DNA of 64,000 nt from Zygnema circumcarinatum SAG 698-1b (taxonomy: Eukaryota > Plantae > Zygnematophyceae), in NCBI GenBank assembly GCA_037447605.1, contig CM074813.1:868001-932000 (forward strand), read 5' to 3'. Under the pieces are notes generated by a model. That model ran no database searches and was not told the origin of the DNA. It saw only the letters and a program-made list of their open reading frames with translations. Below are positions 1-11,265 of this stretch, piece after piece. Both the position numbers and the translations under genes were made by a program. How positions within the stretch are numbered: the first letter of the stretch is position 1; each line of letters opens with the position of its first letter.

Positions 1-165
1 GATTATCAATTTCATTCATGCATCATTAGCTTTGTCGAGAAAGAAATCCACTGGCAGATCGGCGACAAGAGCAGTAGGAGCGGAAGGGAACGAAACTGAA
101 ATGAACGGAACGGAACTGAAATGAACGGAACGGAACTGATTTTTTTCTTTGTTCTTTGTTCTCAG

Positions 166-2179
166 GCCGGAGCCGAGCAAGTGAACATGACGCCATGCTC
201 ACGTCCGCAGGATGTGTATACCGGAATCTCCGAAATGTGAGCTTCTAAAAAAAAAAAAAAAAAAAAAAAATGAGATGACCGGATACACGAAATTTTTAAG
301 AACATCATCAGTTTGTAAACGCGGGATCTTCTCCCTTTCCCAAATTTTTATTTTCGCCTTTTTTTTTCCTTATGGGTTTTTTTTTGGGGGGGGGGGTTGA
401 AATGATGCAGTGTGAAAGGGATTGTTGAGGAGGACGTGTTTTCAGAAGAGCCCATAAAAGCAGATCTCGCCAAGCAGTTGAAGGGGCAAGTAAGTAATTA
501 CAATCCTACTTTTAAGGAAACTCGAAAGCCGTCAAATTCCAAATACGTGAAAGATTCTGATATCCCATTATTATCTTTTTAAAGGACGAGTTCGGTGCTT
601 TAGAAGTTGATGTAACTTCTGACTTCCTTCCATCTTAGAAATTATTAGCCCTTTTACCAAAGCATGAATGTTTTAGGCATTACGAAATCCCTTTTTGCTT
701 CTGATCACTACCCACCCTACCTCACTGAAAACTTCAAACTTCAAATATCTGAACAAGTGCATTCACGAACCATTGGACCCCCTGTAAACTATTCGTTTTT
801 TCAACTTGATGATTTTTTCCCACATTGTTATTATGAAATATTGCAGGTGGATCGGAAATTGGTAAAGCAAACAGTGATGACTTCAGTGTACGGCGTGACA
901 TATGTGGGGGCTCGGAGCCAAATTCACAATAGAATCAAAGAAAAGGGTCGAATTTGTGACGATGATTTGCAGTTCAGAGTATCCTCCTATGCAGCACGGG
1001 TAAGGGGTGATCTCAATGTTATAGGAATACTATGCAGCTCTTTCAGTATTGCATAATGTGTTTCTTTTTTGAGGCACTGTGGGTCTTTTTGTATTTAATT
1101 TTGTCTCTAAGTTGAAGGGCATGTGTGTTCTAAAGTGGCATGTGAGTATGTCTAAAGTGTTTTAAGAATTTGCGATGAAGTTGAAATGCGAGAGTGGTAA
1201 GAGGGGCTGGGAGAGGGAGGAAAGGAGAAGAGGAGGATGTATTTCCCTGGTTTTATATTTTAAGTTGGAGGAGAGGCTCGTTTTTCCTCTCCTTCCCCCC
1301 TCTACTTCCTTAACTAGGGGAACTTTAACATTTTTCTTTTCCCTTTTCTTTTCTGGATGACCAGAGGATGAATTTTGAGATTTGTTTTCTTGTGTGCAGG
1401 TAACGCTCGATGCTCTCTCGCAGATGTTCTCTTCCGCTCGCAAAATCATGGGGTGGTTGGCAGACTGTGCGAAGGTGAGCAAAGGAGGGGAGGGAGGGAG
1501 AGGGGGAAGGAGAGGAGGGAGAGGAGGAAGGGGAGGGAGGGAGATAGGAGCTCAAACTCGAGCTTATGAACTTTTGGCCCTAGGCCTCCTCCTACATGCG
1601 GACGGTTTGCTTGTTTATAACATCAATATCTTGGAATTGTTTTTTGTTAATTGTTATGTTTTCAAGATTTGAATGACTACTTCATTGCTATCGTCACTTA
1701 CTCTTCCCCTTCTCTTCCTCTACCCCCATCTCTCTCTCCTTCTTCCGCACTCTCTCCTACTCTCTCCCTTCCTCTTCTCTCCTTCGCTCTCTCTCCCTCC
1801 CTCCCACTCTTCCCCTCTCCCCTCCCTCCCTCTCTCCCCCTCTCCCTCTCCCCTCCCTCCCTCTCTCCCCTTCTCCCTCCCTCTCCCACCCTCCTCTCCC
1901 CCTCTCCCCTCCCACCCGCTCTCCCCCCTCTTCCTCCCTCTCCCACCTTCCCGCTCTCCCCCTCTCCCTCCCCCCGTCCCTCCCTCTCGCCCTTCCCGCC
2001 CTTCCTCTCTCCCTCCCCCTACCTTCCTCCCCTCCCCCTCTCTCTCTCTCTCTCCCTCTCTCTCTCTCGCAGTTGATCGCGGCGGAGAATCAGACGGTGG
2101 CGTGGGTGACCCCCATGGGCCTGCCCGTGGTTCAGCCGTACCGTCGGGCCGCCTCCAAGCAGGTGCCCTCCGCCGCTCT

Positions 2180-2222
<43 letters not shown>

Positions 2223-3002
2223 CCTATCCTTTCAGCTCCCCATCTCTCCCTCTCCCTCTTGCTCTCCCAATTTTGCAATCACTATTACGACCCTGACTGT
2301 AATCTCTATCGAGTTCAGCTCAGCTCGTCATCTTCCTTTTTTAAGGTAGTTATTTATAATCTCAAACTGATTCCACATGATTCAGATGCCAAAGTCATTT
2401 GTACCCATTCATTGCAGATTCTTAATCTTCTTTTCTAAAGATCAGAAGTCCTCAATTTTTTGGGATTTTTGCAGGTGAGGACGACCCTGCAGGTCATCAA
2501 CATCTCCACATGCAATGAATCCTTGAAGGTGAGGCTTCGAAATTTTTGCTCTGCCCGTAGGATTGCTGAGACCTTGTTTGGATCAGCAGAGCTGCCCGAA
2601 ATTTGCGGTTCAAAGGACATTAAACTGTTTCTTACTTTCTCTCCTTTCGCCCCCCTTCTTTCACCCTCCCCCGCACACATACGCTCTCCCTCATTCTCGC
2701 TCTCTCACCCCCCTTCGCAACCAGTTTTGCTTAGTGTTATAGATGCATATACAAAGTGAAAGAGACAGCGAGAGAAGGGAGGGGGGTAGAGAGAGAGAGT
2801 GATGGAGGAGTGGGTGAGAAAGAGAAAAAAGACTTATCTGATTCGGTTTCCCTCCAAACTACAGGTAGTCAGTTCCCGGCAACGGAGTGCGTTCCCCCCC
2901 AACTTCGTGCATTCCCTGGACAGCTCTCACATGATGCGGACAGCGCTCGCATGCAAACAGAGGGGCCTTGTTTTCGCAGGTACCTGAACCCTAAACCCTC
3001 AG

Positions 3003-3056
<54 letters not shown>

Positions 3057-3988
3057 CCTGTCTCTCTCTCTCTTGCTCTCTCTATTATGTTCATGTTTGT
3101 TTTGTTTTCCCCTTAAAATGTGATATGTGTCACTACGTTCGAACAGGTAAGCGGTAAAGAAGAAATCTGGATTTCTGTGATTATCATTTTGTCGACTACG
3201 TTGTTGTTATGGGGAGTGGGGGGGATAGTTTTTTCTGAACTGCTGCACAACTGACAATCTTCGGATTTGCGACTATTATAGTTTTTTTTGGACCACACGA
3301 TTTTTTTGTTGTTGAACGGATTTCGGCTACATGGAACGCCTGCAGGAGTGCACGATTCGTTTTGGACTCATGCGGGCGATGTTGACGTCATGAACGAAGT
3401 TCTGCGGGAGGAGTTCGTGCAGCTCTACAGTCAACCCATTCTGGAAAATGTACGCGCATTCCAGGGGCTGAGGGAGGGGAGGGAGAGAGGGAGGGAGAGA
3501 GAGGGCGAAAGGGAGGGAGGGAGAAAGAGAGGGCGAAAGGGAGGAAGGGAGAAAGAGAGGGCGGAAGGGAGGGAGGGAGTGGGTAGGAGGGAGGGAGGGA
3601 GGGGGGGAGGGAGAGCGAGGGGGGGGTAGAGGGAGGGAGGAAGAGGGGCACGGAAGGGAGAGGGGTAAAGTGGGAGGGCGAGAGAGAGAGGGATGGGAGG
3701 TAAAGCGAGGGAGGGAGGATGGGGAGCGTGTGATGGAAGTGGAAGACGGTTTTTGTGAGGATTCTTTATCAGTTGTTTCGGTTTCTGTGGAAATTTCTCC
3801 ATTTCTCAGTTTCCCAGTTTCTGGATTTCTCAGTTTTGGGTTTCTAACTTGTGCTTGGGTGTCCTTCGACATTTCAGCTTTTGGAACACTTCCGTACGAC
3901 GTATCCGGACATTCAATTTCCAGAAGTGCCCCCGCGCGGCGACCTCGATTTGAACGAAGTTCGGAAGGCCCGCTACTTTTTCAGCTAG
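166..3988 (+). CDS. RpoT: Phage-type (T7-like) single-subunit organellar RNA polymerase, C-terminal part (5' end lies outside the window)
   Basis: Exons 166-236, 411-489, 847-999, 1400-1474, 2073-2162, 2475-2528, 2865-2979, 3346-3449 and 3878-3988 join in frame via GT-AG. Motifs include [21 protein letters not shown] (motif B), [38 protein letters not shown] (motif C) and C-terminal YFFS*. Mitochondrial versus plastid targeting cannot be determined here. Confidence 0.97.
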
Positions 3989-4631
3989 GGAGGGAGGCTC
4001 CGGGACGTGACAATGTGTCACGGCGATGGAGTGTGACAGCGGGTGACGCGATGTGACGTGGCATATTGTAGGTAGTAGTGAAAGTGTTAAATTGCTGTAT
4101 AGTTTTGCTTAAAGTTCGTGTGAGAGAGCGAGTGAGGCAGAGGGAGAGAGAGGAAGGGAGGTGGGGGCTCAAGAGTTCAGTCTTTGTAGAGGATAATGAG
4201 ATGCAGGTTCCAACAGGTCACATGGAAGCCCAGCGCAGTTTCCAAATTCGTTTAACTGTTCGAATTTGGCATGTAGCCCTGTAGATAAGCTCTATGGAAA
4301 GGTTCTGTTGGATGCTGGAGAATGGGAGGCCGTCATGTCTGCAATGCTGTTGTGTTGTCACATAGCGGTCACGTGCGCAGCATCGCATGGCATGGCATGA
4401 CTCATGTTGCCAAAGCATTGCCGTGGCAAACTGAAAAGCATGTTGGAGATTTTGGCGTACCTCCTCACCAAAAGTCTCCAGGCCGGACTCTGACTCTAAA
4501 AATCCTATATGTATGCAGTTCGGACCACGCACTTCCTCACTGCGGTAATCACTTAACAACTACGGTGCAACAGACGAAGGACATCTCAGGTGCAGCACGC
4601 GTGAAGCGATGGACAAACGACGAGGAAACTG

Positions 4632-4765
4632 GCATTGATCTGAGGATGGCGAGGCCATCAAATGTACATGGACAAAAACGGCATAGGGAACCACGAGGAA
4701 TTGGTCGCAAAGGACCTAAGCACAAAACGAAAAAAGCTAGGAGCGGCAAACTACGCCTAGGCTCA
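4632..4765 (+). mobile_element. Internal fragment of the MULE-like family also at 18661-19237
   Basis: 4632-4673 matches the reverse complement of 18817-18858 at 39/42 nt, and similarity continues to about 4760. No TIR is visible around this copy. Confidence 0.7.
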
Positions 4766-5348
4766 ACAACGCCATGGACAAGCGTGCATTGACAATGAAA
4801 AGCTTCAAAACATAGCCGAGGTGGCACTAGCCGTCTGACATAGGATGCATGCATGCGACACATACATGGGCGCAGAGCATGCACACATTTACGCACTTAG
4901 TACACATGCGCACAGCACATGGAACAAGCACAATGCACACGTGCCTTAGCATGCAGCACGCATGCACACACATGGCAAAAACACGCATACATGAACATGC
5001 CATAGCACTGTATTGCGTATGCATGGATGTATATCCTCCATGCAGAGAGAAAACCAGATCATAGACAAAGTCAACGAGTCAGCCAAGTCGGTCACTGGTT
5101 CCATTGACGAAAAAATTATGTACACAGTGAAGTCAAATCCTGCGATCAGTCTGCCACTGCGAAGCCACATCTCTTCCTACGTCTGCTCTTGGTCAAGTCA
5201 AGTCGAGTCAACTCAAGTCAAGTCCCACGACTTATTTTCGACGAATGGAAACTGAAACTGCCCTACAGGAGGGAATAGCCTTGTTTTTCCCCAAAAATAG
5301 AATAATAATAAATCACACACACAAAACAAACAGGGAAAAGAAAGAGCG

Positions 5349-5415
<67 letters not shown>

Positions 5416-5726
5416 ACAAAATATTGGACATACTTCAACCCTATTGCTGAACCGAAGGAAAGGCCTAAACCCTAAACATTCCTAGCCCTTAGAGACTTAA
5501 AAACTATAGTAGTAGGCTTATACTTATAGGCACACGAACACCGAATAGAGCCACAACAGTGGGCTTCCTCCTCCTACCTTCAAAACATCCGCCGGAAAAA
5601 CTCCAAAATAGGGTTTCGGAGATCTCAGCTAAATCTACTCGCCCTCATTTAGAGCATCAAGCCAAAAGCACTACAAAAATCTGTATTTAGTTTGCATGTT
5701 TGCTGATGTTAGCAATGACGTCATCT

Positions 5727-8227
5727 TCACAGGTCTGCTCTCTTCACAAACCGACCCTGCAATGTCCCCAAAAAACAGGAAACCGGCGAGTCAGTTCACC
5801 CCTAGAAACATGCCCATTCGTACCCCTCCATATGAACTACTACAACATCGAACAACCCTCCCAGGAGAGAGAACATTCACATAAATAAACGCAAATCCCC
5901 GTCCAAAACCAGAACCCTACTCTCCACAAAAAATCCCCCAAAACCCTGGAGCCCTCCCCTCCCTCCCTCGTTTCTTTTGCCACCCCCTCCTCCTCCCCCC
6001 TCTCCTCCTCCTCCCTCTCCTCCTCCTCCCTCTCCTCCTCCTCCCTCTCCTCCTCCCTCTCCTCCTCCTCCCTCTCCTCCTCCCTCTCCTCCTCCTCCCT
6101 CTCCTCCTCCCTCTCCTCCTCCTCCCTCTCCTCCTCCCTCTCCTCCTCCTCCCTCTCCTCCTCCCTCTCCTCCTCCCTCTCCTCCTCCTCCCTCTCCTTC
6201 TCCTCCCGATCCTCCCCCTCCCTCTCCTCCTCCCTCTCCTCCTCCATCTCCTCCTCCCTCTCCTCCTCCCTCTCCTCCTCCCTCTCCTCCTCCTCCCTCT
6301 CCTCCTCCCTCTCCTCCTCCCTCTCCTCCTCCTTCCTCTCCTCCTCCTCCCTCTCCTCCTCCCCCTGCCCCTCCTCCTCCTCCCCTTTTTCCGTACCTTG
6401 ACGCGCGGTCTCCGCTCGGCGTTGAGTTTCCGCACTTCGTAGCGGACCGTTTTGGAGAAGAGCCGCGTCCGCCGCTTTTCGCGGTAGCGCAGGACGCGCG
6501 CCTCGCGGGCCTCCGCGGAGAGCCCCTCCTCAGAGGGGGGAGGGGGCTCGCCGCCCTCCGAGGCGAGCCCGAAGCAGAGGTCCGGGACCACGCCGTTTTC
6601 CATGCAGCCCTGCACAACGGAGCGGAACGGAACGGAACGGAGGAGCATGGAACGGGAAGGAAAGGGATGAGTAAAGATGATGTGGATGGAACACGGGAGA
6701 AGGAAGGTAGAGGACTTGGGGGGGAGGAGGTGGGGGGAGAGGAGGGACGAGGGGAAATGGGCGGGGGGAAGAGTGGGGATGAGAAGAGGGGAGATAGGGA
6801 GAGGGACGGATGAGGAGAGAAGGGGAGGGGAATGGGGGGGGGGGCGAGAGAGCGAGAAGAAAGCGAGAACAAAGGGAAGCGAGAGAGGGAGTGAATGGAA
6901 AAATGGAGGTTGCGGGAGACAAGTGGCAGAGAAGGGTGAAGGGACAGGAAGCGAGAGAGGAGAAGGTGAAAGTGGCAGGCAAAGAAAAGTGGGCAAGGCC
7001 CAAACATTGGCCAGACATCAAGAAAGCGCCTCGCCGGCTGCTTGCACGAGAGCTACAGTGAGAGAAAGATATGCAAGGAAGAGAGAGAAAGATAAGAAAA
7101 AAAGGCCGAGAGAGAGAGAGAGAGAGAGAGGAGCTCTCACCGAGGGGTCAGAAAGCTCGGAGTCCTCCTGGTCCCCCAGCACCCGCGCGTCCTCGCACCA
7201 TGGCGACCCCCCTCGGTGCGACCACGCGCTCATGACGTCCTCATAGTTGAGGCGGAGGGAGGGGCAGACGAGGGCCCCCCCGCCGTCGCCAAAGCAGTCC
7301 ATTCGGCCAAACAAATTTAATTGCGAAGCTGCCCCCTCTAGGTCGGCTTGGACTCCCACCTTCTGTCTCTCCCTCTCCCTCACCCTCTCCCTCTCCTTGC
7401 TCTCCTTGGCTCTTTCCGTAGGCCTTTCCTGCGGCTTTGGCTGAAGCTTTGCGGGAAATGTCGTGGCAATAATTGCTGCATTTGTCTTGTCCTCGTTGAT
7501 TCCGTCGTCTTCATCATTGCATGCTTCGACTTTTTCAACTGTCGTGACAGAGCTCTGCTGTACGGCGCTCGATGTCTCCTGGTCCATTTCCATTTCGAAT
7601 TTCATCATCATCACTTCCGACCCGTCGCCAAATTCCATCCTCATATTCATATCGTATTTGTCGAACTTGTCAAACTTTTCGTTCAGCTCTTCATCCTCTT
7701 CAAACCCAATCACTCTCTCTCCCTCCACTCCCTCATTTCCCTCCACCCCCATCTCCTCCTTCACCTCGATTCCCTCGAATCCGAGCGCCTGATGCAGGAA
7801 GTCATGATGCATGGAATGCAAGTGATGCACAGACTGCGTGCGATGCAGCCCTTGCCCTCCCATCATCACCTCCATGTCTGCCTCCATAGAGGCACATATG
7901 TCCTCCGAACTCCACAGAAACGCGTCCGGCTCGTAGCTCTCTCCCACATCCCCTTCCTCTCCCTCCCCTTCTCCTCCTCCCTCTCCCTCCCCCTCCCCCT
8001 CCCCCNNNNNNNNNNCCCCCCCCCCCCCGCCTCTCCATCTTCATGGGCGCCCCGTTGGCCGCAAGCCTCACTCGCTCGTGGCGCGCTGCGACCGCGTTCG
8101 CGGAGTGCACCGCCGCGTCGCAGGTCGCGCAGAGATGCGCCGCGTCCGCCGCGCAGTACACGCGAGCCGCCAATCGCAGGCATACGTCGCACGTGCGAGG
8201 GACACGTGGCGCCTTCGGAGTGGCCAT
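5727..8227 (-). CDS. COL: CONSTANS-like protein (one B-box plus CCT domain; COL6/7/8/16-like group)
   Basis: ATG at 8227 gives [53 protein letters not shown] (B-box). The acidic middle region carries [20 protein letters not shown], and exon 1 ends at 7141 (spans the N-gap 8006-8015). Exon 6609-6397 gives [37 protein letters not shown], and exon 5756-5727 gives GRFVKRADL*. Confidence 0.95.
5985..6390. repeat. Polypyrimidine minisatellite (TCTCCTCCTCCC-like units) filling the last COL intron
   Basis: An almost pure C/T array of 12-15 nt units lies between donor 6396 and acceptor 5757. Confidence 0.9.
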
Positions 8228-10024
8228 GGCGGAAGGGGAAGGAGGGAGAGGGAGGGAGGGAGGGAGGGAGGGAGGGAGGGAGGGAGGGAGGGAGGGAAAG
8301 AGGGATGGGTGAAGGAATGAAGATGAAGAAGATGAAGGGATGGTGCAAGATGGATGAGATCTAAGGGCAGGAAGAAAGGAAGGGGAATGTGTGTATGTGG
8401 AGGGAATGCAGAAGGGAAGAGGGAGGCGATCAGGCGGGAGCCATGGCTGGCATTGTGGGGAGGGAGGGGAGAGGGAGAGGAGGCGAGGCGGCAGCCATGG
8501 CGGGGGCCGGAGACGACATGACCTTAGGGCTAAGCGCGCCGGAAGGAGTACTGCAGAGAGGGAGGGACGCGGGAGGCAGGAAGGAGTACCTAGCAAAGGG
8601 CGCAGGACGGGCAGGGAAAAGTTTTTAGGTTACTTTTTTTGGGACGGGCAGGGGAAAGTCGGAGAAGGAGGCGGAAAATTTTGAATGGGGAGTGAATACG
8701 AATCGGTAGTTCACAAAGAGGGGAATGATGGGCACTGGTACGTGAAAAGCACTAAGTTTTGTTTGTGAAGGGTACATGGAATTGCTCGGAAGGAATTCAA
8801 GGTTCCGGTCAGAAAAAAGGCATTTAACTGTAGGGCAGCTGAAAAACAATTTTTGAGTCAAATGGTGCAATTTGATTGGTGGATGTGTTATTTTGGCTGT
8901 TTTTAAAATGGTAAACTTTTATCTGGTTCCTTCTTGGGGATTTTTTTTGCTTCAGACCGTATAATTTGGGCAGATTTATTCGAAAAAGTGGTTGCCTCGT
9001 CAGCTCGGAGGCGGTCCAGCGGAGGGCGGGCCCGAAAAGAAGATAAAAAGTACGGGCAGAAAAATAAAAAGTAATTTCGGGCAGGAGAAAAAGTGCACGA
9101 TGAAATGCCGGGCATTATATTCCAAAAAACAAAAATCTCGTTGGTCCGTACATTTGTACTAGTTTCGTTGCGGAGAGTCTGAAAGTTTGCTTTTTATTTA
9201 TTTTTAGCATAAACGGGCAGAAAAACGTTTTATCCTGCCCGTCACTCTGCCCAAAAGTAATCCAGAACCAATGTATATCTTCGAAGTAGCCAAACAAAAT
9301 ACAATTTGTATATATCCACTCCAATTCCCTTCAAATTCTTTTCGAGATTGTAAGAAAAAAACGTTCTTTTAAAAATATTTTGTCTGACCGGGGTCCTGCA
9401 AACGACTTTTCCTGTCCGTTACGAGGAGCAGCTGACATCTGACACGCGCCGGTCAATACCGTACATTTGTTCGTACGAATGCCTGTACGAAACCGGATAA
9501 GACAATGACGTCGGAATATCTTTTCTCGCCACGTGGCACATTCACACGTGCCATTTCAGATTCTAGCCTCCTCTGATTGGCCCACCGTTCGGCAACGGTA
9601 CGGACCAGCCCTAAGAGTTCAGTGCCCAGGCACAAGCGACAAATAACATGCCGGACAGCGACTGAGTGGCCGACACGTAGCAGGTACAGCACCGCTAGCG
9701 ACAATAATTGTACAATAGTCACTGTCAAATTGTATAAGTAAACTGCGTTTGTACGGACTTGGTTTTTATGGGTGTACGAACACTGCACATGACGCACCCG
9801 CATTTTGGCGCCTTGGAAAGCGACAAAACTTTTGATGACTACATTTTTGGACTTGGCTGACCAATGGTTGGCAAGCGCCAGCCATTGGCGGAAAGAACGA
9901 TATGAAACACTAAACTAGCGACGAAAGCACAAGTTTCAAAAAACAACACGCAACGGTCGACGGAAAAAAAAGAACGAAAGTGGGAAAGAAACGATGATAC
10001 CAACAACAAACATATATATATATA

Positions 10025-10969
10025 GGGTAGTGATATTTCCACCCCTTTTTTGGATCCAAACACCCCTTCCCGGCCGGGCAGATTTCAAAAGGGATTAAAA
10101 ACAGAAAATGCTTTTTTCACACCTTTTTGGACTCGATACCCACCTTCTTCCGTCGGCTGATTTTATTTTTGCTAACCAAGGAAAATGATACCCCGTCACT
10201 GCATTTTGAATACTGTATCCCGCCTCCCTGAATTTTTTTTTTGAGGGAAAGAAATATCTGCCTGCCCGAATCCGCTCGGAGCGGAAGATCCGTCCGCCAC
10301 GAGATCGTTCGCGGGTGTCCGTCTTTTACACGTGTTTGTCAATCGCAGCTGTCGATTCCCTCGCAGATCACACCACTGCAGATCACCGTTCGATCTGTAG
10401 CCGGGCTCGATCTTAACGAATGGAAAGCGCCCACGAGTCCCGTCAAAGCCAAATCGCACGTGCGAGTGCGCGCGTCCTTCGGCCCGAGATCTCGTCATTG
10501 TAAGCTCACAGCCAATAAACATCTGCCACGTGGTACATTTTTGACGTGGAAAATTTTGATTGGTCTAAGACCTCAATGTACGAAATTTTGGGTTCCTCAA
10601 GTTGCGACCGTACGACATTTGTACGAACAAACTTTGAGAGGACTTTGGCGGGATACGTCGGCACGTGCCATGCGCTGTGACCGAGCCCGGCTGCAGAGCA
10701 AATAGTGATCTGCCGTGTTGCGATCTGCGAGGGAATCGACGGCTGCGATTGACCGCACGCGTGAAAAAAAATTCAGGTAGGCGGGATATTCAAATGGGGT
10801 GACGGGTTATCATTTTCCTTGTTTCGCAGAAATAAAATCTGCCGATGGAGGGTGGTATCGATTCCAAAAAGGTGTGAAAAAAGCATTTTCCGTTTTTAAT
10901 CCTTTTTGAAATCTGCCCGGCCGGGAAGGGGTGTTTGGATCCAAAAAAGGGGTGGAAATATCACTTCCC
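10025..10969. mobile_element. Non-autonomous DNA transposon with very long terminal inverted repeats, inserted in a (TA)n microsatellite
   Basis: The left end GGGTAGTGATATTTCCACCCCTTTTTTGGATCCAAACACCCC matches the reverse complement of the right end. The arms align over about 10025-10412 versus 10678-10969, with an indel of about 90 bp. (TA)n flanks both sides, and there is no internal ORF of note. Confidence 0.9.
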
Positions 10970-11004
10970 TATATATATATATACATCAGTTTCGCACATA
11001 TGCG

Positions 11005-11265
11005 AAATGGCGGCATTTGGCCTTGTACATTTCTCCGCATGTGTTTGCAGACTTCGATATGAAATAGCCGCAATTTGCGAAAGTAAGTCTTCTCACTTTC
11101 CGAGGTGTGCGAAATTCGGCATATGGCGCCATTTGGCCTTGTTACATTTTTTTCGATGCGTTTGCAGACTTCGACATAGATCTGAGATGATCGGTCTTTG
11201 GACATGTTACATATATTCCGTTACATACATTCCGTAACATTTATTCCGTTACATACATTCCGTTA
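11005..11265. repeat. Diverged direct repeat (2 x ~55 bp) followed by TTCCGTTACATACA-like short tandem units
   Basis: ATGGCG(G/C)CATTTGGCCTTGT..ACATTT..GTTTGCAGACTTCGA occurs at about 11007 and 11123. TTCCGT(T)ACAT units recur at 11216-11263. Confidence 0.75.

Noticed and set aside
1651-2296. Long Pro/Ser/Leu- or Gly/Arg/Glu-rich ORFs (also 3327-3872, 23082-23564, 24110-24583, 25733-26255, 59602-60789 and others)
   Set aside because: These are translations of (CT)n/(GA)n intron and UTR microsatellites that lack stop codons.
166-3988. Phage or viral insertion suggested by a T7-like polymerase
   Set aside because: It is a spliced nuclear RpoT gene with many canonical introns, as is standard in plants.
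4840-5030. (ATGC)n/RY-like tracts (also 13709, 34945, 35508, 37968) as B3-factor sites
   Set aside because: They occur in introns and 3' regions alike and behave as a self-complementary microsatellite.
5977-6813. Extensin/HRGP-like (SPPPP)n ORF on the plus strand
   Set aside because: It is the antisense reading of a C/T minisatellite intron and the CCT exon of COL. It has a TTG start, no signal peptide, and purely repeat-driven codons.
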